This document shows, in pieces, positions 25,830-38,900 of a DNA stretch of 64,000 bases (the first letter of the stretch is position 1; each line of letters begins with the position of its first letter). The DNA comes from Fimbriosthenelais zetlandica (lineage: Eukaryota). The notes under the pieces are model-generated. The model searched no databases. It was not told the DNA's origin and saw nothing but the letters and a program-made list of their open reading frames with translations. Position numbers and translations under genes: made by a program. The stretch spans positions 22,506,001 to 22,570,000 of the forward strand of contig OZ365112.1 of assembly GCA_977030845.1 (NCBI GenBank). Reading direction: 5' to 3'.

Positions 25830-26713
25830 AGTAGATATACCCCATGCCAACCTTTCTTCACAGTAGAAGATCAAAGGCTTTGTGTAGAGGGCTTATGAAG
25901 TTCTATGGTGAACAGGGGGTGGTAGAGAGTGTAGGTATAGAGGAGTGCCAGGCGGCATCAGGGCAGAGTGCTCTCCATCTGGCCACCAACGTCATCCCCC
26001 AACGTCCTCACTACGTCAAGGTCAGCCGGAAGAGGGCGAGGAGCAGCCGAGGTATGAGCAATAATCAATGAAGGACACAATCTACAGTCACTAATACAGC
26101 CTTACAGGATCCACTATAACTAATATGACCAGTCCACCGTCCGGCCTTCACCAGTAGGCTGAAATAACCTCACATCAGGCTTGACAGTCTTTAATGCAAT
26201 CCAACAAAGAATATGTCAGGGTCGCTAGTCTTTATGCTATCCTCAACCACAAAGTTACCAGATCAAGGAGCTTCTATACTGCCAACTGCTACTGGAATAT
26301 ACTATTAATACTAGACATGAAGGCAGCCTTCACACTGCAGTCACTGATCAGGACATCTTCAGTCACCTGTGCTTCAAACATTGGAGGACATCTCCTGAAG
26401 ACATCTATCTGTATGTCTGTAACACCTTTGTGTTTGAGCAGCTAATTTAATGAGCATGGCGACCACATTGGGCTGTATATAGGTCTATATAATAAAGGCA
26501 GGCATCCCATGCTGGTAGCCCTGACCTTGCCATAACCAAAACGCCAATGCTTTCATCTAGATGACCCGCAACCATAGGCAAAACTGATGAGTTTACCAAG
26601 ATATAGGCCAAAGCCGGTGAGACACATAAAAACCAATATATGGCGTATAGTAAAAGCAAGAACCCTGGGCGAGGCAAATGTCAACAGAGGCAGGCTCCTT
26701 AACCTGAGATGAA

Positions 26714-26727
26714 GTTACTATGGCAAC
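26714..26727. promoter_or_regulatory. RFX X-box motif GTTACTATGGCAAC
   Basis: Exact consensus match. Confidence 0.55.
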
Positions 26728-27361
26728 GTGAGATGCTACCTCAGGTACCTGCTGCCAGCCCGACAGGTGTCAGGGCCACCACCAGCACACAGAGTGAGAG
26801 GGCGGGTTAAAAGCTACCTCTGGAATCACTAGAACATGATTTTTTTCTATTTGAGACAATGTAAGCATCCTGCTTTGTATATTAGCAAACGCTCAGTGGA
26901 GTGTTTGTAAACTTGTCTAACTCACCTCTATCATCATTTGATCAACTCATGATTAGATGCAGGCATTAAATCAAACCAATTTTACAAAGCAATCCAATCA
27001 AAATTCCTGCACAAACAAGCTCTTCACTTTTCAAGAATCTCCTTTGTTATCTCCCCAACAAAAACAATAATGCCAATAATAAGTGTTGTTCAAGGAACGC
27101 CGTGCAAATGACCATAGCACTTCTTCATTTGGTTTGTGTTAAACTTTTTTCATCTTCGAACTTTAAAGAGTTTGTGGCGTTGGAATTAATTTAGTTTCAT
27201 GATAAAGCTTGAAGACAAGAAGGGAGGATTGACAGGGAGAGAGGATGAAGGAGGAGAGGAGGAGTAGGTGGGAGGATGTGGAGGACAGGTTGGGGATCTA
27301 GTTAGGTACACTAATCAGGTCAGGTTGCTAATTAACGTGGCACGCTCTGCTAGCCTTATGA

Positions 27362-27392
27362 CCCCCCCCCCCCCCCCCACCCCCACCCACCC
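27362..27392. repeat. Poly-C / C-rich simple tract
   Basis: C17 followed by ACCCCC/ACCC runs. Other simple tracts include poly-G near 23196-23210, CAC-rich 10735-10800 and GA-rich 16975-17130. Confidence 0.9.
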
Positions 27393-30300
27393 TACATCAG
27401 AGGGTCGATATATTTATCACCTGAGCAACTTGATACACCACAGAGAAGGCCAGAGATAAGTGATCCTTTACACGTATAGACTGTACTATAACGCTAAATA
27501 TATCAGTTACAAATGATGAGTAAAGTGAATCAATTTTCAAGGTATGAATTAGCACCTTTGTAATTGATCGTTTCACTAATCAATCCATTTTTATGTATAA
27601 TATACAGGAGAATGATAAATGACAGGCAAATGATCCAGAAAATCAAACTACGAGTAAAAGCTATTATGAAATATATAGCTTTTTACTGATCTTTTCAACG
27701 ATACAGAAATATTAGAATGGCTCTTGGCCATACAGGCAAATGATGAGCAGAGGAGTCTGTAGCTAGATAGTGCCTCAAACGTGTTGTACATGTATGCTTG
27801 GCGTGATAGTAGGTATTATTCATACACAACTATCCTCTCACATGCTACGCCACTGACTGAATGAGATTTTTTTTTGTTTCTGCGTCTGAAACATCACATA
27901 AACTACATCAGACATGGATATAAAATGTCCATTCACCAGTCCGAATTAAACCTACATTTTGTGGAGTCTGAGGAGATTTTTGGCAAACAACTGATATATT
28001 GAAATTCACAAATCTGCATCTCTTATGATTGCATTATTTAGTTGAGCCTCAATATTTCTCTGATACTTTGTCAAAGAGTCCAGCTGACATATTTTAATAT
28101 TATCACATAAGAAAATACTTGTACCTGCATGTGTAAAATGTAAAATATATGTATCTATAAATTTATATATCGATAGAGATACATGGCACTTTGAAAAGAT
28201 GAGGGAGTATGAGAGTTTTGATCACAGCTTGAACAAAAAAAAATGTACCAAAGTGGAAACTTATCCTTTAGCCTTTCACACAATTACTGATGACCTTTTA
28301 ATTAGAACTCCAGCGTTCTTACGGCTTAGCCCGCCTACGCTACACCATCCACAGTAAACCACCATTAATACAACAGGCCAAATGTGTTACTTCACTAAAG
28401 GCAGGTGCTTCTCATAAAGGCCTCAAGCACACTCAGCCCATTTTGCAAAGAGTGATCATGTCATAGCTGATTAAATCATAAGAAAATCAACCCCAGGGGC
28501 TAAAGTTCTTAAATGATCACGCAATTCTGGATAACAGGGGGAATATTCTGGATGATATTGGTATGAATTAATCAAAGCCCAATTATGGGCAGATGGCTTA
28601 GTACATCTCCAGCTTCCGTTAGAGGAAGAGGCGACCAGGGAGGTTTGAGCCGAGAGGAAGAAAGAAGATGACTTTTGATGATGAAGCAGTGAGGGTAAAT
28701 TAGCCCTCAATAGTGGTTAGTGAAGTAGGCGAGGTGAAGTGCTGGGGGCGAGGTGTAAGCGGTGCGTAGACATCTTTTTCTTACATCACACTCATTCATG
28801 GTGCGCGTGCAAGGAAATTCAATTAGCAATTTCTGTTTGTGGGGAATAATCAGAGATCATTTTTAATCAAAAAATATAATAATATAGGACCTATTGGTTA
28901 GGGATTTGTATGACTGTAGATAAAACTGGTAGAGAGGTTTGAGGTTGAATGACTTACACTTTGCACAATAATTGTTTTGTCATTCAATATTCAAAATTAA
29001 ATATATATAAGTTTGATTTGGAATCTAATCTAGTGGGCTCGGGAGTTATGTTTGGAAATGAAAGAAAACTAACTAGCTTGGGGCAATATAAGGTGGTGCA
29101 TTAAAGCGGTGCCAGTAGGGGCGGGGCGGGAGCAAATAAAGCAGCATTATACATGTGGACGAGCCTCCAGGATCACCCACAGACATTATACATGTTCAAG
29201 GGCCGCCAGGTCGAGGCAGCGCATCCTAAATGCCAAAAGGAAAAACCATTAGGATGGAAATAAATGCGAGCAAGTGATCCTCCGGAATATAACAAAAACT
29301 TCCGGCTGTAGGCTATAGTGAGAGCCGGATGGAAGCAAGAGAGGCTTGCTGAGAGATAGTGATATGGACAGAGACTCTCAACAGACAGACTGATTGGGAT
29401 TAGAGTGGACATCTAACTAGAGATGGACAGAAGCATAGAGATTGCAGACAGAGGAGACTGATAGACAGATGAGCTTGTCAGAGAGATAGATGGGTCCGGC
29501 ACTAATTACATTGCTAAACCTATCAGGCATAGAGCTTTACACAGTATTTTGTGTTGAGTGTGTGGGGGTGAGGGGCTTAAGTTTGCATGTACTGACTCTC
29601 CTCTTAATCCTCCACCATCTGATTATAGTGAGGATCATCTCTTTGAGAGGGGTAAGAGAATCAGGCGCAGGTGGAGCAACTCAGAGCTACTCCACTCATA
29701 ACTAGGCCCCTGGGTCCAATAAAAGCAGTCCCCATATAAACTAACTATACCATTTTTATAGTATAGAATCAGATTTATAAGGAATTGAGAAAAGACGCTG
29801 AAAGGGGTGAGTCTGGCACAAATTCTACATAATACATTGTATATCTAGGTATAGATATAATATAATCTTAGAATATTGTATTATATCGGACGGTATATTA
29901 ATACCCAGGCTTTAATGGAAACAGTTTGATCTATTATGAATTAGAAGACTATGATTATCCACACATCTAGGAATGAAGGTGGGTGGGTGATCAAGGGGGG
30001 GGGGGGGAAGTGCATACATGTTCCTCCACAAAGAGGTGTTCACTATTCCAACCCTCTACACCGGAGACCTGTATATTGTATGGATAAAAACGGTAGTAAG
30101 AAGGGAGCCTATAAGCTTCAGGTAAGTAGGAGGAATTATAGACTAGAGTCCATCACACACAAAAGATCTGGGTGAATAGAGGCAGGTGTAGATTGGAGCA
30201 TTAGTGGAGGCAACTCTCATTTATAAATAACTAAAGCTTCACTGAAAATAATGTGCAAAAAAATGCGGTCCATAAGTACTGCAACACTATTATAAAATGG

Positions 30301-32800
30301 CAAAAAGTTGCAACATTTCCAATGTGAAGGAAGTAAAGCATGATTAGTATTCCACAAGACTATTGGGACTATTCAACACATAAAAGAATGAATCAGATAC
30401 GTTTCTTTGCTTGTCTCAGTCCATGTATATACATGGAGGTTTATAATATGTTCTGTATTGCATATATAGCATCGCTGTTCTTTTGTGAGCTTGTCAGAGG
30501 ACAGTGGACTATTAGCTTCCACATTAGCGCTCCATGGCCCACCCCCATTATCTCTAATGTATCTCACACAACCCTGACTGTATAGATATATTCAATACTA
30601 AACACTTCCACCCAGTGTATTCCTGCTAAACGGCACATACCCTATGAATAATTGACATCAGACAATCTCATGGAATCAATGATATTATCACACATACAAT
30701 CTTAGCATAGAACTGAGAAGACTTAGCTCAGAAGATTACCAAGTCAATACCTCACAGAGAAAAGAATTCATGGAAGCTTCACGAGCAAAATGCAAATCAC
30801 TTTTCCTCAGGCATAGAAAAAATACCAGGTCATAAATCTTCCCGTACTAATACACGAGTGAGGACACATGAACCGTTTTAAACCCAAGATTTTTCTACAG
30901 CTCCCCCTAAAAATATATTATCTCCCTTAACCCTGAAGGCCAGGTGCATGCAGGAATGATACTCTGCCTGTAGAAGTGTATACTATTACTTCACACTGCC
31001 TAAACAATGTATTAAACAAACGCCTATGACCAGGAACACCACAATATACACAGGGAAGCTAAACATATATATCCCTGAGAGTAAACTGAAGATCACTAAT
31101 GTTGGATGGTGACACCAAACTCGGAAGCGGACCGATGACTAAGTGTTTACTTGGGTGCAAATCTACCATCCCTTGAATGTCAGAAAATGGCAGAGGCTGA
31201 AAGGATTGGCACAATAATGTATAATTCAATAAAAATAGGGAATGATATGATCCAAGAGAAACAAATATTTAGAATGCATAAATACCGCTATATTAATTTT
31301 CATCCGAGTTTATTTAACTTTAATAAAACATTAACATTAAGGCAATCAATTTTGCTGTATAAAAGACTAAAAAACAATTACAAAGTCGATGTCAATTGCT
31401 CCATATTTTATAAGATCCAGGGCATATACAATAGGAGTATGCATATATGTCAAATGGGGAAGGGAAGTAGAGGGCTATTGAGGGCCCATTGACAGCTCTG
31501 ATCCAAAATATGAGCAATAAATGGCCGGGCGTCAGCCAGAGATGTAGTCAGAAGTAGCATGTCATTCCTGTATCTATCATTAACAGCGTGCATACCTACC
31601 ATTACCACACACACCCTATATCATTCACACCCTATAGCCAAAACACACTCAACGATCAAACTAGAATAGGAAAATTGGCAGGCCACAAATATAATACTAA
31701 GTATACACACAGTCATTCACTGATGGACAGTGGAGGGGTTGATGGATAGACAAAGAGACAGACAGGGAGATATGGGAAGTTAGCAGCGATGTGAAAGTAT
31801 CTGATAATCCTATATGATATCAAACAAGGAACAGGGAAAACATTAAAACATGCTACATTATGAGGGCCTGCCAAGTAAGAGACCCACATACCATCTTCCC
31901 ACATAGTCATGAGACAAAGTCAGGGAGGCCTCCGACATGGCTTCCTGCCATACTCCAAGGTTAAGCTTGGTCTAATCTACACAAATGCCAAAAAAGTCGA
32001 CCTGATTCCAAATTCCTGGCTGATAACCTACCCATTATGTAAGCAGGGACATTTTTTTAAGATTTAACATTAAAGGCAGAGAAAACTATTGACGCCAGGA
32101 GAAAGTAGCAACATCCTTATAATATGTTTCCACATGAATATAAAGTTTTTGAAGAGAACATATCTGTCAAGAAAGTCAGAAATTAAGACCTGTAGGGAAT
32201 GAACAGTGATGTAAAGGCCTGATAATGCTGATATAACTCTATTTTTGTTGGGTTTTTTAACCTAGTTAAGAGATGGAGAGTAAGAGTGTTGATGTGAGCA
32301 GGGTGGGATGTACTATAGGAGGAAGATCTATAGGTGAGGGTCATGTTTGCCCTGGAAAAACTTGCTCTATTTTGTCTACATGCTAACGACTTGCTCTTCA
32401 TCTGGAGTCCTTCTTATACTGATATGTCAAGGGCCCGCTTCACGAGTAAAGTATTTTGAACAGATTTCCAACAATCCTTAACCCAGCACATACCATAAAA
32501 TCTATAAATAAAATGCTATTATCCTTTGGATCCCATACAAGGGGAACCTTGGGTGAGGGGGTTAAAAGGTGTCAGGTATGCAGAGTTCAGATGAATGCGG
32601 TTATATGTATCAATACAACATATTTATAGAGAAGATGTGGTCAGATTCGTGTGTATTTATTAATTTATACTCGAGCACACCACAAGGTATCTTAACGGCC
32701 CCTCATTAAGGGCTGAGAGTCACAGCTTTAACATAGGGGAGAACGAGAGTGTCATGCTAGCCATGAGGTAATGTGTACAACACTAGTCTACTGTCACTCC

Positions 32801-32980
32801 CAGTGGCGGATGCAGGGGGATTCGGGGGCGGGGCTGGGGCTGGGGCCCCGCACTATTTTTTTTAAAGAATAGATTACAAAAAGATCGGAACTGCCAATGT
32901 TTCCGCACTTTCCACACTCAAGTCAATGTAAAATCTCCATAGGTAATCATTTGCCAGGCATCAGCCCTCCTCCTCCCGAC
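32801..32980 (+). mobile_element. Truncated MITE / non-autonomous DNA transposon terminus
   Basis: Begins CAGTGGCGGATGCAGGGGG...GGGGCCCCGCAC, a terminus style common in invertebrate MITEs; the partner inverted repeat was not found. Confidence 0.3.
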
Positions 32981-35525
32981 CTACACACGTACTACACGTA
33001 CATGACACGTCCTGTCAGCACCGTGTAGAGACAGTGTTAGGAGCAACTCGTAGAGACATCACTCATCACACTACACGCTTCATGATTAAACTGCTATACT
33101 ACCAGCCAGGAGCAACTCCCGACATGTGAGACGACGAGAGAGAATTGTATTTGATAAATGACGGTTTTGATAAGACATCTAATAAAAAAAAAGTTCATCA
33201 ACTACTGGTACTCGTTGTGAGTGCTCTCAATTGATAAGGTGGAAATTATATACATGACATTACAGTCAAAACATATTAGGTATGGAGGTATGTAATGCTA
33301 TTAAATATTAATAGTCTGGAATGTGGTATTGGCGCATTGTATATCATATATATGTATATCATTTTAACTTGCACTTGAGCTGACTCATCAACGAAGGACC
33401 TAAATGCTCACGTCAGTGGATAATCAAATAGCATAAGTATTGAGGAGAAAATGTGTTTCCCCCTGTGTTCCTTTCCTATGGTCTTATCTATCAATGTATG
33501 GGGTCAAGAAGTGATCAAGTACACTCAGGCATTGTGACGGGCGGATAGGAATAGAATGAAAAAATCTGAAATATCTAATGGGTGAAAGGCCAAAGGAAAA
33601 AACTTAAAGTACACATATTTTTCAGTGGGCTGACAAATATACCAGGGCAAACTTGCCGTCTAAACAAGTCTAAAGAATCAGTGAAGCTCAAAAGAGTATG
33701 GGAATGGTTCCCCTGTTTGTCTACACTACATAAGCGTGTAAATTATGTCATGATTAACTGAGCAGAAATAACAGGGTGCATATCACATTGTAGACAGGGG
33801 TTAACCACCACGTAGCCTTGGCATGATTCAAAGCAAGACTTTTGATAGATATTGATTTGGTCCTATCCAAGATATCGGCAGAAATTCTTTTTTTTCTTCT
33901 AAGTAAGTCCTGCCCTCAGCAGGTAAGAACCAAACTCTGCAAATCCGGCTTGCCATCTTAGTACATGTCCGCCTCAAGAGTCATGAATCATAGCTGACCT
34001 AGGAAGGTATTCTAGTGGGGAGAGGTAATTAGAAGGTGTATCAAGCCAGCCAGAAAGTAGCTCTGTGTGAAATCATCAACTGATAATGATGCCAATCCCA
34101 GTGTTTGAAAAGGCAGAGTTCAACCTGCTACTTTTATCCATTCCTACTTCATTTGGATCTTTGGTCATTGAAATAAAATATGAGTAAATTAAGGATACAT
34201 GTTCCACATACATTACTGTACATTGCAGGGTAAAGCCCTAACTGTATCTATACTCTTTCGCACCTACAATATCCATTGTAATAATTTGTATGTAGGGATG
34301 TATTTTACTTCAGTTTTTATGTACCGGTAAGGAATGCCGAGGAAAAGGAAGTAGTACATGGATCATCATAATCAAGGGTCCTGTGTATCTATACACCCAT
34401 TAGGAATGTGTTCCATTTCTATGCTGGAAGATCTAATTCATTCTTGGGTTCTTTACCCATAAATGGGAGGGATCATCATTGAATGACAGCCAGCAAGGTT
34501 AGTGTGGCAACTAGTAGGACAGCATTTGCTTAGATGTAAACCCATCAGAGCATGTAATACACTGGTGACATTCGCCCTACATCCATCACTAGCATAGGTT
34601 TAATCCTTCTCTATCATACTTAGTACTTTTAAACATAAATAGCAACAGAGATAACAATTGCAATGTTTTAATATATTGTATCAACTAAATGAATTAATGG
34701 AAATCCAAAGATTCTTATAAAAAGCATTTAACAAAACAGAAAAGATTTTGGATGGGCTTCCACTCAAACAAGTCAAATAAACCCACTTAAGCTACTATCT
34801 TGAGACTTGACCTTATTAATTTGGAAGAAACATAAGAAGACCCAGTCCACGGGGGTCTACTTTATTTTAGGCCCAATGACAATGGAACTGATTTAAACTG
34901 GAACGAGGATGTTCATTAACAGGAGGCCAGTACAATAGTGAATAGATGCCAATACACATCGAATATAAGTCAAATTCAGTTAAGTTAGGCCTAGCCTAGG
35001 CTATATCAGCAAGGTGAGGAGGAGGGTAAGGTAGGCCTAAACACCTGCAATCATGTATAAATATTATAATAAAGAATGGGGAATCGCCAGTAGTAGAATA
35101 CAACTGGTATGTACAGAAACACTTGCAAGTCTACTATAAATACAGATCATCATCATCACACACACAGACTGACACAGGCAGCTAGCCCCACCTGCTGTAC
35201 TTCAACCCTATCATCTCGCTTACTGGGGCAAAATTCAATTTCCCGGACCAGGGTCGGGATAACTACCATAGAAATGAAAAAAATATGTCAAGAAATGTCA
35301 AATATTAATCTACATCTTACAGGCTATCTGTTCTTTGTCATGGTTTTGCAAAGCCATCTGTCCCACGGAAGGGGCCCCGACGTCGGCCAGGATTTGGATC
35401 CCTGACTAGGTATCTCCGCCCACTAGGATAGCAGGTTGCAGTATAATTTCACGCCACACCAGCAATATAATGTTGACACTAACTGATGCAAATGTTTCCC
35501 TGCTTGGACAAAAATATTCTCTTAC

Positions 35526-35603
35526 CTTTTCTTTTGTCCTGAAGACCCGTTTTTGTAAAACTTTCGCAAACGTACCACCCCTAGACGGTCCACTCTCCGC
35601 CAT
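35526..35603 (-). CDS. AMPH: Amphiphysin/BIN1-family N-BAR protein, coding exon 1 (N-terminal amphipathic helix H0)
   Basis: ATG at 35603 gives MAESGPSRGGTFAKVLQKRVFRTKEK followed by AAG|GTAAGA (phase 0). Aligns to human amphiphysin GIFAKNVQKRLNRAQEK and BIN1 IASNVQKKLTRAQEK, ending at the same EK position. Remaining BAR/SH3 exons not found in the window. Confidence 0.72.
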
Positions 35604-35923
35604 GTTTAGAGTCTTAACAAATCGTTGGCCGAGGTGAAGGAGAGAAGGCCTCTGATTGGTCAAGACTGACCGAAATATAATTCAGCCAAATTCAATATTC
35701 TGCTCTAGCTTGATACTTTTTAGATTTATTTTAATTTGATATTTACTGGGAATTTTATATAACATTCTATATCCCTTTTGTAGGTCAAGAAAAAATATTC
35801 AAATCCACAGCTGTAATTTTCTGCGGAGCTACCGTGCGCCGCCATGTTGATGATTTTCCTTGCTCATGCCGGCAAGGAATAACAAGTTTATCTCGGAATT
35901 CTTATCATAATATCCATATTAGA
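35604..35923. promoter_or_regulatory. Bidirectional promoter region between amphiphysin (-) and PSMD3 (+)
   Basis: Divergent ATGs only 320 bp apart; local CpG enrichment; a CTGATTGG (CCAAT box) just upstream of the amphiphysin ATG. Confidence 0.65.
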
Positions 35924-38900
35924 ATGAAACGGGATACACTGAACGGTACAGCAGCTATGAAGGAAGCAAAGAAGACCAAGGCGGTCAAGAAAGAACCCGT
36001 CGATGTGGACATGAAAGACGCTGAAATAGCGTCTACAGAGGCAAACAGCAACAATGAAGAGCCAAAGAAAGACGCAGATCTGCTGACACTGGAAGGTAAA
36101 TAAATTCCTTTTCTCCCTTCCAGCGTCGAACAAAACAACATTCCATCTCGTATATTCTTTTTAAGATTTGAAAGATGTTACTTGAAATTTTTTTTGTGAG
36201 TTTCCAGTGTAAAATTGGACGTATTCTGACTCTTTAAAGGAGTGTATTCTGGCGTCCTAGTTTGCTGAATCATTGCCTGACACCAGGCAACTTTGTTGTG
36301 TTGACAGTTGCTGATTGTACGAACCCAATACACAAGATCTTCCTGTATATGTCCCCCTCGGTCAGTTCTTATTATAAGAGGTCGACAACTTTCTTAACCA
36401 TATTTTTGGTTCATATTTTAACAATCTCCCTCCAAATGAGTACCTGTAATAATATATGCTGAAAGTGAAATATCAATACACAACTGGTCTGATGAAGTTC
36501 TGACATCTGTCATTGACATTGTCTAAATAAAACAGGTAAAATCGGGTAAATCTATAGGCCTGCACATACATGTATCTCGTAAATCACTAAGACTAATTAA
36601 TTGTTTTGTGATTTCCTTTGGCTGTCATGATCTAGCCTTATTCTAGGCATAAAATAGAGGTAGCAATCTGTTTCAAATTTATAAAATATAATTTTAATCA
36701 AGATTATTTCAGGGAGAAAAACTATGCAGGTTTTCAGATACGGTTCACATTTGTCGCCAATTAATTTAAAAATAAAATTATCGGTTTTGGCGATTATTGC
36801 CTTGCAGTTGGCTACAATATTGTCAGACTACAGTACTCGTTTTGCCTTTTGGTTATCGACAGGCCACTCCATATAAATTATTGTAATAATATTCCTAATA
36901 TCTTAGAGACGCCGAGGTAGTGGTAGTAGTACAGAAGCAGTACATAAAACCAGTGGAGTGTGAGGGTAAAAGCTATGACCCAGACTGCCTCGAACCCGCC
37001 ACCAGCTACCCTCACTACGACTAGCCTAACACCCCTCAGTGCTGTCAGTGTGTCTATAACAGGGGAGGTGGGGCGGGGGTATATTACATACGGAAGAGTC
37101 AGTAGGGGGAGGGTGAGCTAGAAAACCAGGTAAAAGCTAAGAGTCGGGGTGGGGGGCGGGGGTAGCTGGTGGAGGATTCGAGGCACAGGACAGGCCTTAG
37201 CTTTCACACCTGCAGTATACGCTCTGCTGTGCGCCTACTGGGTAAAGATTGGGGGTCGGGGGCGCTTTAGTGTAAAGAGGCACAGGTACTAGTAGGTTGT
37301 GGGGTGGGTGGGGTTGGTAGGTTCGAGACGCAGGACGGGACTTAGCTTTCACACTTGCAGCAGACGCTTGGTGCAGGGTAAAAGTGGACACTAATCCATC
37401 GGCAATATAGCCTAATAGTCAACTGAAATGACCAAAGCAGTATATTAAACTACCTCCGAGTAAAGTCATGATTACCCCCACCCAACCCTGCTTACTTTTC
37501 TTTTCGATTTGGCTTATAGGGAGCCCCAATTGGCGACAAAATTGGCTCCTGCTCCGAGGTCTTGCTGGAGCCCTACTATGGGAAATGTTAGGATAACCCA
37601 TAATGCTACAATATGTTGTCACTGTAGGCCATCCACTTATACATAGTATTTCTTCTCCTATTTTACAGATATTAGAGAACATGTGCGCCACATCGAAAAA
37701 GGTGTTGCTACTAAGGAGCCACGCTTCGTATACAGGGCAATACGTGCTTTGGTCACAATACGGCGAAAACTTAACCCTAATGTCCTGCGTAAAGCCTTAC
37801 TGGGTTATCACCCAGCCTCATCTGCAGTCAAAGATCCACTCATTGCTTATTTGGGAGAGGTAGGTTACTCCACTATTTATTCACTAACATGTCATCCTGA
37901 ACTATTGTAATCCATTAAATTATATGGCGTATTTATGTCACTTTTGCTGTTAACATTTTCTATATTTCACATGCTTCTTTCAGGAGATGGAAGCAGACAA
38001 TAACACAGTTTTCCGTCCAAGGACTGGCAAACTTGCCAACCAACCACTTCTACCAGAGACGGACGCTTACCTCCACCTGCTCCTGCTCATCTTCCTCCTA
38101 GATAACAAAAGATACGACGAGGTCCGTAATTAATCATCCAAAACTTAAGATTAATCCTAAATATTGAAATAATACTTGTTCTGTCTAAAACTCTAGGTTA
38201 AAAGGCATATAATTGTTAAAACTCGGTAGGATTAGGTTGGATATAATTTAGCTAGAAATATATTTTCATGGAGCAGCTATCTTTCTTTTACAGGCTGTGA
38301 AGTGTTCGGATTTACTCATGGACAAAATAACGAGTCATAACCGCCGAACACTAGACATGATAAGTGCCAAGTGTTACTTCTACCACTCACGGGCGTATGA
38401 ACTCACAAACCAGCTAGACAAAGTGCGAGGGTAAGTCAAAGTCCCCTGTAAATAATCTTATTTTTGTGAGTCGGCTCTCATCTGTGAATATTTCTATAAG
38501 GACTGTCATAGGTAATCATTTTGCTTTGTGTAAATCTCTTACTGTTTGTTCTCTAGTTTCCTACACTCCCGCTTAAGAACGTGCACCTTACGATCTGACT
38601 ACGAAGGCCAAGCCTGTCTCCTCAACTTGCTGCTTAGAAACTATCTGATGTATGATTTGTATGCTCAAGCTGATAAATTGGTTTCCAAATCAACCTTCCC
38701 CGAGACGGCGACGAATAACGAGTGGGCTCGTTTCCTCTATTATCTAGGTAAGGATACTTGGATTATAATATAGGCTCAGATTTGATTCACTTTTAATGTG
38801 AATAATGAGATATCTGGAAAAGGATTTTTTGATGAAAAAATATCTCTAATTTTCTCCTATAGGTCGAATCAAAGCTGTTCAGTTGGAATATTCAGAGGCC

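Noticed and set aside
35834-35923. Upstream extension of the PSMD3 exon 1 ORF given in the track (MRRHVDDF...)
   Set aside because: Starts at GTG within the promoter/5' UTR and has no PSMD3 similarity; ATG 35924 or 35957 is preferred.
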